Of a DNA stretch of 64,000 nucleotides, positions 37,418 to 47,510 are shown in pieces (within the stretch, counting starts at the first letter, position 1; the number at the start of each line of letters is the position of its first letter). The stretch covers positions 12,090,001 through 12,154,000 of the forward strand of contig NC_135808.1 in NCBI RefSeq assembly GCF_964213995.1. The letters are read 5' to 3'. This DNA is from Mustelus asterias. Its lineage: Eukaryota. Under the pieces are notes generated by a model, which saw only the letters and a program-made list of their open reading frames with translations, did no database searches and had not been told where the DNA came from. The position numbers and the translations under genes are program-made.

Positions 37418-38279
37418 TGATGTGGGAAATTTCTCACAAATCAATCCGGTTTTACGATAGTCGAGACTCAGACACTGAGAGGGTTAATAGCAAAGGGTTA
37501 AATGATTCTGGAAACAAGATTGTCGGCTAATGAGAGAAGAGATTACACACATGTGAATGTAGTAAAAGAATTAAACAAGTAATTATGATTTAAACATATA
37601 TGCTGATATTTTAAATGTATTTTAAGTGTGGTATGAATTATTCACTTCAGCCGAAGGCAGGTAACCGCAAGGTATGATGGGAAAGGCGAATAGTTCAGAA
37701 CCAAAGGCCTGGGAATCCTGTACTTTGCAAAATTCATCTCCGGAAGTTTCTTATGCAGCAACACATGTTGCAATTTTATGAATAGGTGTTTTCCTTGTCC
37801 AGACTCAAGGTGGAAATGTGCCCGGATGTGGGAGCACCTGTCTATCCAGTTTGGCAATGATTGGGTGGGAACATTAACTTTGACCCCTCTAGTGAGCATC
37901 TCGGGTAACCTGGCAACGGGGAAGTAACTTTAGCCAAGATAGGAATTAGTGTCTGGATTTCATGGACAAATGAGATATCACTGTGCTGGATGGTGAGATG
38001 CAATTGGCTGAGGTACATGACAGGTATTATTATTGATAGGTGTATGTTAAAGATGATTAATTTAAAGCTAAGATATGGTGGGAATGATTGATAGGAAAAC
38101 CTATAACTGTTCTGTTCAGAATTGTAAAGGTCAGATCTATTCAGAGAGTTCTGGCTGCTCGATCGAGAGCTGACTCCACCCTCTGATGATCTCCGAGCAG
38201 CTGCTAATTAAATAAAGTTACATCTTTGGTTCAGAAACACTGGCTCCGTGAGTCTTGGATTGTCTAAGTTTTCCTGACA
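37418..38279 (+). mobile_element. Putative ERV-like solo LTR (paralogue; partial extra copy at 36577-36958)
   Basis: As 5986-6848. Confidence 0.45.
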
Positions 38280-38745
38280 GTTCTGGTCACCTCGGGTCCC
38301 CCACAACAGTCTTAAAATGGAGAGAGAGGCTCCGTGCCCAGCAGTTCAGTGCTGTACTCACTGTGACTGGGTTTGGTGAGGGGTTCCAGACCCTTGTTTC
38401 AGCTGAAGCAATATTTTAAAGTGGGGGCTGGATGGCAGTATATGTGCTCACAGTGACACCCAGTGGCAGGCAATGGAAAGGCACATTGCACAGAGTGTTC
38501 AACAAGAGGCTGATTCACTACCTCCCATTGCGTGCTGCCACCCCAGTCGAATATCCTTCTCACCAGCATTACTGTCTCAGTAACATGTCTCGCAAGATGA
38601 TTGCAGACTGACGGGGAGACAATAGCAGATTCAGCATCACGATTTGTTTAAACGGAACATGAACAAACTGATGGAGCAGGAGGTGAACAGGAATTTAAAG
38701 ATGTTATTGTGCAGTCCATGTCCCAGTTCCTGGTCTGTTAATGTG

Positions 38746-39677
38746 ATGATGTGGAGATGCCGGCGTTGGACTGGGGTAATTCCCAGTCCGGAAAGGACCG
38801 GAGCCTTCAACATGTCATTGATGAAGACGAACATCTCGCCAAGGCCATCCCCACTTCTTGCCTTCAAACAACCGCACAACCTCAAACAGACCATTGTCCT
38901 CAGCAAACTACCCAGCCTTCAGGAGAACAGTGACCATGGCACCACACAACCCTGCCACAGCAACCTCTGCAAGACGTGCTGGATCATCGACACGGATGCC
39001 ATCACCTCACGTGAGAACACCATCCACCAGGTACACGGTACCTACTCTTGCGACTCGGCCAACATTGTCTACCTGATATGCTGCAGGAAAGGATGTCCCG
39101 AGGCATGGTACATTGGGGAAACCATGCAAACACTACGACAATGGATGAATGAACACCGCTCGACAATCACCAGGCAAGACTGTTCTCTTCCTGTGGGGGA
39201 GCACTTCAGCAGTCACGGGCATTCAGCGTTGGATCTTCAGGTAAGCGTTCTCCAAGGCGGCCTTCACGACACACGACAGCGCAGAGTCGCTGAGCAGAAA
39301 CTGATAGCCAAGTTCCGCACACATGAGGACGGCCTAAACCGGGATGTTGGATTTATGTCACATTTTCAGTAACCCCCACAGCTTGCCTCCTGATCTTGCA
39401 GAATCTTACAAGCTGTTCTGTCTGGAGACAATACACATCTCTTTAACCTGTGTTTAATGTTCCCTCCACCCACATTATCTGTACCTTTAAGACCTGGCTG
39501 GCTGTAGAGATTTACATTCTAATTAGTATTCTGTAACTTGATTTCTGTGTCTCTGTGCACTGTTGGAGAACAGATTTTCACTCCATCTGACGAAGGAGCA
39601 GCGCTCCGAAAGCTAATGGTATTTGCTACCAAATAAACCTGTTGGACTTTAACCTGGTGTTGTGAGACTTCTTACTG
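38746..39677 (+). mobile_element. 5'-truncated Penelope-like element (GIY-YIG endonuclease + pseudo-LTR), with an inverted tail at its left end
   Basis: ORF with PCHSNLCKTC..NIVYLICC..WYIGET..EH..HF..EQKLI..GLN; 3' UTR carries a hammerhead motif and AATAAA. The empty site TGTGATCCAG is seen in paralogous spacers at ~7311 and ~23121. Confidence 0.92.
39583..39619 (+). ncRNA. Minimal type I hammerhead ribozyme motif (Penelope pLTR)
   Basis: CCAT-CTGACGA-A-GGAGC agc GCTCC-GAA-AGCT-A^ATGG: conserved core, 5-bp stem II, palindromic AGCU stem III, stem I CCAU/AUGG. Confidence 0.8.
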
Positions 39678-40479
39678 TCCAGAAGGAAGAACATGGAAGA
39701 GAGAATGTCCGGGGTGTGAGGGGTCCGCGATTTTGCTGGCTGCTTCTCCGAGGCAACGGGAAGTGTAGATGGAGCCACTGGACGGGAGGCTGGTGTGTGT
39801 GATGGACTGCGTGTGCGTGTAAGTGTGTGTGTAAGTGTCAGTGTGTTAGGGTGTTTGTGTCAGTGTGTGTGTCAGGGTCTCTGGGACTGAAGACTCACCT
39901 CAGGAGAGTTTGAAACAGAAACACTTTGATTCAGTAAGAGCTAACAAACAAATTACATTTATATAGCGCCTTTCATGCAGTGAAACATCCAGAGGGACTC
40001 GACAGGGATGTAAATCAGACAAAAATAATTGAGGTGAATGTGATCGTCCAGAGCCAATCTCCCCACAGCGAGATAATGTGCAGCAACTGAGGAATGAGAA
40101 GCTGGAACACAGGATTGTTCCTGTTCATCGAGTTAATGATAACCCCAAAGCCCAGATAGAAACAAATCCAATCTTTAACCGGGGATGGTGCCTGGATTGT
40201 GGAGGGAGATCAGTCCTGGGAGCCGGAGGAGAAACCTTCCTCACCGCTCTCCACTGATGTCCCAGTTTCAGCATCCCGGATCCCGGATTCTGATCCCAGT
40301 TTGTAGAGTAAAGGGGGGAAGGTGGAGATGGGGGTGGGACTTTGCAAAGTCAGAGGCGTCACATGTTATTTATTGAATAATGGGAGAGAGGGGAGTGAGG
40401 ATAAGGAAGGTCCCAGGGGGAAGCTGGATTTGGAAAGGTCTTGGGGATGACAGAGAGAAGGGAAACTAGAGAAAGATGT

Positions 40480-40768
40480 CAGGGGGATTGGGTCAGTGGG
40501 CTGGGGGGAGGGGGGATTGGGTCAGTGGGGCTGGGGGAGGGGGGATTGGGTCAGTGGGCTGTGGGGAGGGGGGATTGGGTCAGTGGGCTGGGGGAGGGGG
40601 GATTGGGTCAGGGGGCTGGGGGAGGGGGGATTGGGTCAGTGGGCTGGGGGAGGGGGGATTGGGTCAGGGGGCTGGGGGAGGGGGGATTGGGTCAGTGGGC
40701 TGGGGGAGGGGGGATTGGGTCAGGGGGCTGGGGGAGGGGGGATTGGGTCAGGGGGCTGGGGGAGGGGT
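40480..40768 (+). repeat. 28-bp G-rich minisatellite, ~10 units
   Basis: Same unit, upstream of copy D. Confidence 0.95.
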
Positions 40769-40907
40769 CAGGAGCAGAGACAGCTGGAAGAATGGCCTCA
40801 ATCTTAACTGAGAAATTGCTGAGTTTCTCACAAGTGTTGGGATTGAGGGGGGAGAGGGGGTTTTAAGGAGTATGTTTATAGAGGGGAAAGGGAGAATGTT
40901 CTAAAGC

Positions 40908-41052
40908 TGACTTTATAAAGTGAAAAAGGCTCCAGACACAATAACGGGGCTCAGTTTGATTGGATTACAGACTTCCTGCACTGAGAGTGTCTCTGATCAC
41001 GTGAAGTCAGATCCAGGAAGTGCAGCTCCGAACAAGAATTGAAAGTGAAAGA
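40908..41052 (+). promoter_or_regulatory. Proximal promoter module of TRIM copy D with ISRE
   Basis: Same module as copy B; GAAAGTGAAAG at 41041-41051. Confidence 0.6.
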
Positions 41053-41248
41053 GGTGGAACAGGGAAGAGAGACAGAGAGAGACTCTGAGCACTGGGATGG
41101 CATCTCCGGATCTCACCCAGGAACTAACCTGCCCCATCTGCCTGGAGATATTCATGATGTGGAGATGCCGGCGTTGGACTGGGGTAAACACAGTAAGAAG
41201 TCTCACAACACCAGGTTAAAGTCCAACAGGTTTATTTGGTAGCAAATA

Positions 41249-41285
41249 CCATAAGCTTTCGGAGTGCTGCCCCTTCGTCAGATGG
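41249..41285 (-). ncRNA. Minimal hammerhead ribozyme motif
   Basis: Reverse complement reads CCATCTGACGAAGGGGCAGCACTCCGAAAGCTTATGG; stem II is weakened. Confidence 0.7.
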
Positions 41286-41939
41286 AGTGGTTATCTGTTC
41301 TCAAACAGTGCAAACAGACACAGAAATCAAATTACAGAATACTTATTAGAATGCAAATCTCTACAGCCAGCCAGGTCTTAAATGTACAGACAATGTGGGT
41401 GGAGGGAGCATTCAACACAGGTTAAAGAGATGTGGATTGTCTCCAGATAGAACAGCCAGTGAAATTCTGCAAGCCAAGGAGGCAAGCTGTGGGGGCTACT
41501 GATAATGTGACATAAATCCAACATCCCGGTTTAGGCCGTCCTCATGTGTGCGGAACTTGGCTATCAGTTTCTGCTCAGCGACTCTGCGCTGTCGTGTGTA
41601 AGCGTTCTCCAAGGCGGCCTTCACGACACACGACAGCGCAGAGTCGCTGAGCAGAAACTGAGAGCCAAGTTCCGCACACATGAGGACGGCCTAAACCGGG
41701 ATGTTGGATTTATGTCACATTATCAGTAACCCCCACAGCTTGCCTCCTTGGCTTGCAGAATTTCACTGGCTGTTCTATCTGGAGACAATACACATCTCTT
41801 TAACCTGTGTTGAATGCTCCCTCCACCCACATTTTCGGTACATTTAAGACCTGGCTGGCTGTAGAGATTTGCATTCTAATCAGTATTCTGTAATTTGATT
41901 TCTGTGTCTGTTTGCACTGTTTGAGAACAGATAACCACT

Positions 41940-41976
41940 CCATCTGATGAAGGGGCAGCGCTCCGAAAGCTTATGG
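41940..41976 (+). ncRNA. Minimal hammerhead ribozyme motif
   Basis: CCATCTGATGAAGGGGCAGCGCTCCGAAAGCTTATGG; core intact, G.U pair in stem II. Confidence 0.78.
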
Positions 41977-43125
41977 TATTTGCTACCAAATAAACCTTTT
42001 GGACTTAAACCTGTTGTTGTGAGACTTCTTACTGGAGATATTCACCCAGCCCGTGTCTCTGGAATGTGAACATCACTTCTGCAGGAGCTGCATCTCCCAG
42101 AGTTGGGAGAAGGTCCCGGGAGATGTTTCCTGCCCCCAGTGTCGACAGGTCTTCACCCAGAGGAACATCAGGCCCGCTCGCACCCTGGCTAACATCGTGG
42201 AGAAGCTCAGAGTGCTGAAGGTGACACAGCCAGAGGAGGAGTTTTACTGTCAGGAACACGAGGAGAAGCTGAAACTGTTCTGTGAAGATGAAGAGAGAGC
42301 CATCTGTCTGGTGTGTGGCATGTCCAGAGCTCACAAGATGCACAGTGTGATCCCAATAAAGGAGGCAGCCCAGATATACAAGGTACTGGATCAGTGCCAC
42401 TGACACAGAAAGGGAGGAAAGAGGGACAGGGGAGTAAGTAACAGAGTGAGAGGGGGGCTTGTTGGATGAGGGAAGGGGGGCTGCAGGGAGTGGGGGAGGG
42501 ATGGGGAGAGGGAGGTGGAGAGGGTTGAGGGGAGGGGAAGGTTGATGGAGGAGGGGAATGGACCTGGAGGAGGATAATTGCAACAGGCGGAATTAACACA
42601 AAGTTTTTACTAAATTTCTTAATCCTTTCATCCCAAACATTGAGAGTGACCAATCCTGGGAATATCTCCTTCTCTCCTTCACCAGTGTGAGTGGATTTAA
42701 ACACAGCAAACTCCTCCAGAAGGTGCTGTTAGCGAGTGTTCCCTTTCACAACCCTCTTTGTGTCCTTTCTGTCTTCCAGAACAAGTTAGAAACATCATTG
42801 GGGACTCTGCAGAAGCAAATGGACCTCAGTCTTCACAGGAAAAGAGAAGGAGAGGATGGCATTTCACAGATGAAGGTAGGAGAGTGTCCTTTAGGCTTTG
42901 TGTAATGTTCCCTGTGTTTGTCATTGTGAGTGAGTGAGCTTCTCACACAGTGAGAGAGAGGGAGAGAGTTTTACTGAATAAAATGCTGGGGTCCAAATCA
43001 CATTGCAGCTGCTCCCTGAACTGGACTGTAAGGGAGCGTCTGTAAATTGCAAAATATGGCAACAATGTATAAAGGTCTAATTTTATCACAACACCCAATC
43101 TCAACGATTGACAAAATAAATCTCG

Positions 43126-43456
43126 TCAGTAACTCACTCCCTGATATCCATTATTCTATATATAAACCATCTGAACTCCTCGATTAGATTCCAGTCTGTA
43201 ACCCACTCCCACGTATCCATTATTCTATATATAAACCATCTGAACCCCTTGATTAGATTCCAATCTGTAACTCACTCCCAGGTTTCCATTATTCTACATG
43301 TAGATCATCTGAACCCCTCAATTAGATTCCAGTCTGGAACACAGACCCCATTCCATTATTCTAGATCGAAACTATCTGAACCTCTTGATGAGATTCCAGT
43401 CTGTAACTCGCTCCCAGGTATACATTATTCTACATGTAAATCATCTGAACCCCTCA
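43126..43456 (+). repeat. 69-bp satellite, 5' part (intron 2 of copy D)
   Basis: Same unit; interrupted at ~43456 by a CR1 element. Confidence 0.9.
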
Positions 43457-43490
43457 GAACCCCTCAAACCTATATAGGATAAGGGTAACT

Positions 43491-44510
43491 ATGAGTGATA
43501 GGCCAGTTCGGTGCTTCCGGTGTGGGATGTGGGAGTCCCTGGAAACACCTAGCCTCCCGGAGGACCACATTTGCGCCAGGTGCGTGGAACTGCAGCTCCT
43601 GAGGGACCGCGTCACGGAACTGGAGCTGCAGATTGCTGACCTTGGTCAAGTCAGGGAGAATGAGATAATAATTGACATGAGTTATAGGGAACTAGTTACA
43701 CCGGGGCATCAGGAGGAAGCCACGTGGGTCACAGTTAGGAGGAGTAAAGGTCAGAAGGGTAACGTACTAGAGAGTACTCCAGTGGCTGTCTCTCATAATA
43801 GGAAGGGCTCGGCGACAGGTGTGAGAGGGGAGGGGAGTGAGCAATTAGTGGAGGGGTCACCTGTGGTTGTCCCCCTCCAAAACAAGTATATTGTTTTGGA
43901 TAGTGTGGAGGAGGATGACTCTCCAGGGGTAAGCCACAGTGACCAGGTCACTGGCACAGAGTCAGGCTCTGTGTCCCAGAAAGGAAAGAGAGGGGTTAGG
44001 AGAGCAATAGTGGTGGGGGATGCGTCGGTTAGAGGCACGGACAGGCGATTCTGTGGGTGCGAACGGGACTCCAGGATGGTAGTCTGCCTACTTGGTGCTG
44101 GGGTAATGGATGTCTCCGAGCGGATAGGAGGCATCTTAAAAGGGGAAGATAAAGAAACGGATGTCATTGTACACATTGGTGCAAATGACGTAGATAGGAA
44201 GAGCAGGGGGATCCTACGAGAGCAATTCAGGGAGTTGGGAAATAGGCTAAAATGTAGGGCCTCCGGGGTGGCCATCTCTGGGCTGCTCCCAATGCCTCGT
44301 GCCAGTGAGGCTAAGAATAGGGAGATAGTACAATTGAACGCTTGGCTAAAGTACTGGTCCAGGAGGGAGGGCTTCATTTTCCTAGATCAATGGGAAGTTT
44401 TCAGGAGAGGATGGCACCTGTACAAGAAGGACGGGTCACAACTAAGTTGGAAGGGCACGAATATCCTGGCTGGGAGTTTTGCTAGTGCAGTTCGGGGGGG
44501 TTTAAACTAG
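43491..44510 (+). CDS. CR1 ORF1: zinc finger/leucine zipper + SGNH esterase-like domain
   Basis: CxxC..CxxC (CFRC, CARC) followed by heptad leucines; esterase blocks AIVVGDA, VIVHIGAND and DGSQL; ends GLN*. Confidence 0.88.
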   Translation: MSDRPVRCFRCGMWESLETPSLPEDHICARCVELQLLRDRVTELELQIADLGQVRENEIIIDMSYRELVTPGHQEEATWVTVRRSKGQKGNVLESTPVAVSHNRKGSATGVRGEGSEQLVEGSPVVVPLQNKYIVLDSVEEDDSPGVSHSDQVTGTESGSVSQKGKRGVRRAIVVGDASVRGTDRRFCGCERDSRMVVCLLGAGVMDVSERIGGILKGEDKETDVIVHIGANDVDRKSRGILREQFRELGNRLKCRASGVAISGLLPMPRASEAKNREIVQLNAWLKYWSRREGFIFLDQWEVFRRGWHLYKKDGSQLSWKGTNILAGSFASAVRGGLN

Positions 44511-47434
44511 TATGGCAGGGGGGTGGGGATCAAAATATTAGGTCTACAAGTGTAGAGGCTGGGGACGAGCTTGGGGCTGGGACAAGGCTGGCAAAGGAGA
44601 AGAGCACTCTGGGGGAGGATGACCTCACTGGGCCTAGAGGTCTGGAGTGCTTATACTTCAATGCAAGGAGCGTAGCAGGTAAGACAGACGAACTTAAGGC
44701 CTTAATGCTCACGAGGAATTTGGATGTGGTTGCGGTGACAGAGACTTGGTTGAAAGAGGGACAGGACTGGCAGCTGAATATTCCGGGGTACAAGTGTTTT
44801 AGGCGAGACAGAGGAGGGGCCAAAAGAGGTGGGGGAGTAGCAGTATTAGTTGGAGAGCATATTACAGCGGTGCAGAGGGAGGACAATTCAGAGGGGTCGT
44901 GTAACAAGTCACTTTGGGTGGAGTTTAGAAACAGGAAGGGCGCAGTCACTATGTTGGGGGTATACTACAGGCCCCCCAACAGCCTAAGGGAAGTGAAAGA
45001 ACGGATATATCAGGAGATACTGGATAGGTGCAGGAAATATAGGGTTGTTGTCGTGGGAGACTTCAATTTCCCTGGTATAGACTGGAAATCGCTGAGAGCT
45101 GGGATTCTGAATGGGGAGGAATTTGTAAAATGCGTACAGGAGGGTTCTTTGGAACAATATGTAGATAGCCCGACTAGAGAGGGAGCTATTCTGGACCTGG
45201 TACTGGGGAATGAGCCCGGTCAGGTCTTCAAAGTTTCGGTAGGGGAACATGTAGCAAATAGTGACCACAATTCTGTTAGCTTTAGGATAGTGATGGAAAA
45301 GGATGAGTGGTGTCCCAAGGGTAAGGTGTTGGATTGGGGGAAGGCTCACTTTAGTGGGATTAGGCAGAAATTGGCAGCTCTTGATTGGGAGAGGCTGTTT
45401 GAGGGTAAATCCACATCTGGCATGTGGGAGTCTTTTAAGGAACAGTTGTTAGGGCTGCAGGACAGGCATGTGCCTGTAAAAAAGAAGGATAGGAAGGGTA
45501 GGATTCGAGAACCGTGGATAACCAGGGAAATTGAGGGACTGGTCAAAAAGAAAAGAGAGGCGTATGTTAGGTCCAGGCAGCTAAAAACGGAGGGAGCTCT
45601 GGAGGAGTACAAAGAAAGTAGGAAAGAACTCAAACGGGGAATTAGAAGGGCAAAAATGGGTCACGAAATGTCCTTGGCAGACAGGATTAAGGAGAATCCC
45701 AAGGCATTTTATTCATACGTTACGAACAAAAGGGTTGTCAGGGAAAAAATCGGACCTCTCAGGGACAAAAGTGGGGAATTATGCTTGGAGCCCAATGAAG
45801 TAGGGGAGATCCTAAATGAATACTTTGCGTCGGTATTCACAAAGGAGAGGGATGTGTTGACTGGGAGTGTCTCGGAGGGGAGTGTTGGACTGTTGGAGAA
45901 AATCTCCATTACAAGAGAGGAAGTGCTAGGTTTGTTAGAGAATATAAAGACTGACAAATCCCCAGGGCCTGATGGAATCTATCCAAGGCTGCTCAGGGAG
46001 ACGAGAAATGAAATCTCTGGGCCTCTGACGCAAATCTTTGTCTTGTCACTGGACGCAGGTGAGGTCCCAGAGGATTGGAGGATAGCTAATGTGGTCCCGT
46101 TATTTAAGAAGGGTAGGAAGGATAACCCGGGTAATTATAGGCTGGTGAGCTTGACGTCCGTGGTGGGGAAGTTGTTGGAGAAGATTCTTAGAGATAGGAT
46201 GTATGCGCATTTAGAAAGGAATAAACTCATTAACGATAGTCAGCATGGTTTTGTGAGAGGGAGGTCATGCCTCACTAACCTGGTGGAGTTTTTTGAAGAA
46301 GTGACCAGAATGGTTGACGAGGGAAGGGCCGTGGATGTCGTCTATATGGACTTTAGTAAAGCGTTTGACAAAGTCCCTCATGGTAGGCTGGTGAAAAAGG
46401 TTGGATCTCATGGGATAAAGGGGGAGGTGGCTAGATGGGTGGAGAAGTGGCTTGGTCACAGAAGACAGAGGGTGGTAGTGGAAGGGTCTTTTTCCGGCTG
46501 GAGGCCTGTGACTAGTGGTGTTCCGCAGGGCTCTGTATTGGGAGCTCTGCTGTTTGTGATTTATAGAAACGATCTGGAAGAAGGTGTAACTGGGGTGATC
46601 AGTAAGTTTGCAGATGACACAAAATTGGCAGGACTTGCAGATAGTGAGGAGCATTGTCAGAAGCTACAGAAGGATATAGATAGGCTGGAAATTTGGGCAA
46701 AGAAATGGCAGATGGAGTTCAATCCTGATAAATGCGAAGTGATGCATTTTGGTAGAAATAATGTAGGGAGGAGCTATACGATAAATGGCAGAACCATAAA
46801 GGGTGTAGATACGCAGAGGGACCTGGATGTGCAAGTCCACAGATCCTTGAAGGTGACGTCACAGGTGGAGAAGGTGGTGAAGAAGGCATATGGCATGCTT
46901 GCCTTTATAGGATGGGGCATAGAGTATAAAAGTTGGGGTCTGATATTGCAGATGTATAGAACGTTGGTTCGGCCGCATTTGGAATACTGCGTCCAGTTCT
47001 GGTCGCCACACTACCAGAAGGACGTGGAGGCTTTGGAGAGAGTACAGAGGAGGTTTACCAGGATGTTGCCTGGTATGGAGGGGCTTAGTTATGAGGAGAG
47101 ATTGGGTAAACTGGGGTTGTTCTCCCTGGAAAGACGGAGGATGAGGGGAGACTTAATAGAGGTGTATAAAATTATGAAAGGCATAGATAGGGTGAACGGT
47201 GGGAAGCTTTTCCCCAGGTCGGTGGCGACGTTCACGAGGGGTCATAGGTTCAAGGTGAAGGGGGGGAGGTTTAACACAGATATCAGAAGGACATATTTTA
47301 CACAGAGGGTGGTGGGTGCCTGGAATGCGCTGCCAGGCAAGGTGGTGGAGGCGGACACACTGGGAACGTTTAAGATTTATCTAGACAGCCACATGAACGG
47401 AATGGGAATGGAGGGAGACAAAAGAATGGTCTAG
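44486..47434 (+). CDS. CR1 ORF2: AP endonuclease + reverse transcriptase
   Basis: The frame is open from 44486 (after TAG 44483-85) and the first ATG is only at 44705. APE motifs CLYFNARS, ETW, YRPP, GDFN and SDH; RT motifs QHGF, DFSKAFDKV, PQGSVLG and FADD. Confidence 0.93.
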   Translation, partial: CSSGGFKLVWQGGGDQNIRSTSVEAGDELGAGTRLAKEKSTLGEDDLTGPRGLECLYFNARSVAGKTDELKALMLTRNLDVVAVTETWLKEGQDWQLNIPGYKCFRRDRGGAKRGGGVAVLVGEHITAVQREDNSEGSCNKSLWVEFRNRKGAVTMLGVYYRPPNSLREVKERIYQEILDRCRKYRVVVVGDFNFPGIDWKSLRAGILNGEEFVKCVQEGSLEQYVDSPTREGAILDLVLGNEPGQVFKVSVGEHVANSDHNSVSFRIVMEKDEWCPKGKVLDWGKAHFSGIRQKLAALDWERLFEGKSTSGMWESFKEQLLGLQDRHVPVKKKDRKGRIREPWITREIEGLVKKKREAYVRSRQLKTEGALEEYKESRKELKRGIRRAKMGHEMSLADRIKENPKAFYSYVTNKRVVREKIGPLRDKSGELCLEPNEVGEILNEYFASVFTKERDVLTGSVSEGSVGLLEKISITREEVLGLLENIKTDKSPGPDGIYPRLLRETRNEISGPLTQIFVLSLDAGEVPEDWRIANVVPLFKKGRKDNPGNYRLVSLTSVVGKLLEKILRDRMYAHLERNKLINDSQHGFVRGRSCLTNLVEFFEEVTRMVDEGRAVDVVYMDFSKAFDKVPHGRLVKKVGSHGIKGEVARWVEKWLGHRRQRVVVEGSFSGWRPVTSGVPQGSVLGALLFVIYRNDLEEGVTGVISKFADDTKLAGLADSEEHCQKLQKDIDRLEIWAKKWQMEFNPDKCEVMHFGRNNVGRSYTINGRTIKGVDTQRDLDVQVHRSLKVTSQVEKVVKKAYGMLAFIGWGIEYKSWGLILQMYRTLVRPHLEYCVQFWSPHYQKDVEALERVQRRFTRMLPGMEGLSYEERLGKLGLFSLERRRMRGDLIEVYKIMKGIDRVNGGKLFPRSVATFTRGHRFKVKGGRFNTDIRRTYFTQRVVGAWNALPGKVVEADTLGTFKIYLDSHMNGMGMEGDKRMV

Positions 47435-47510
47435 TTTGGACCAGGGGGTGGCACGGGCTTGGAGGGCCGAAGGGCCTGTTCCTGTGCTGTATTGTTCTTT
47501 GTTCTTTGTT

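Larger units (their letters stand above)
41155..42031. mobile_element. Penelope-like element as an inverted pseudo-LTR pair, inserted in the RING exon
   Basis: Inverted arms 41191-41599 and 41626-42034; 13-bp TSD CTGGAGATATTCA at 41142-41154 and 42032-42044; the GIY-YIG C-terminus (EQKLIAKFRTHEDGLN) appears on both strands. Confidence 0.93.
43466..47510 (+). mobile_element. Near full-length CR1-clade LINE (ORF1 + ORF2 open, 5' UTR largely missing)
   Basis: ORF1 followed by an APE-RT ORF2; 3' end GGGCCGAAGGGCCTGTTCCTGTGCTGTA + (TTGTTCT)n tail. Inserted into the 69-bp satellite and absent from copies B and C. Confidence 0.95.

Noticed and set aside
38644-39372. 242-aa ORF as a host GIY-YIG gene
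   Set aside because: Chance read-through from flanking DNA via the inverted tail into a truncated Penelope endonuclease.
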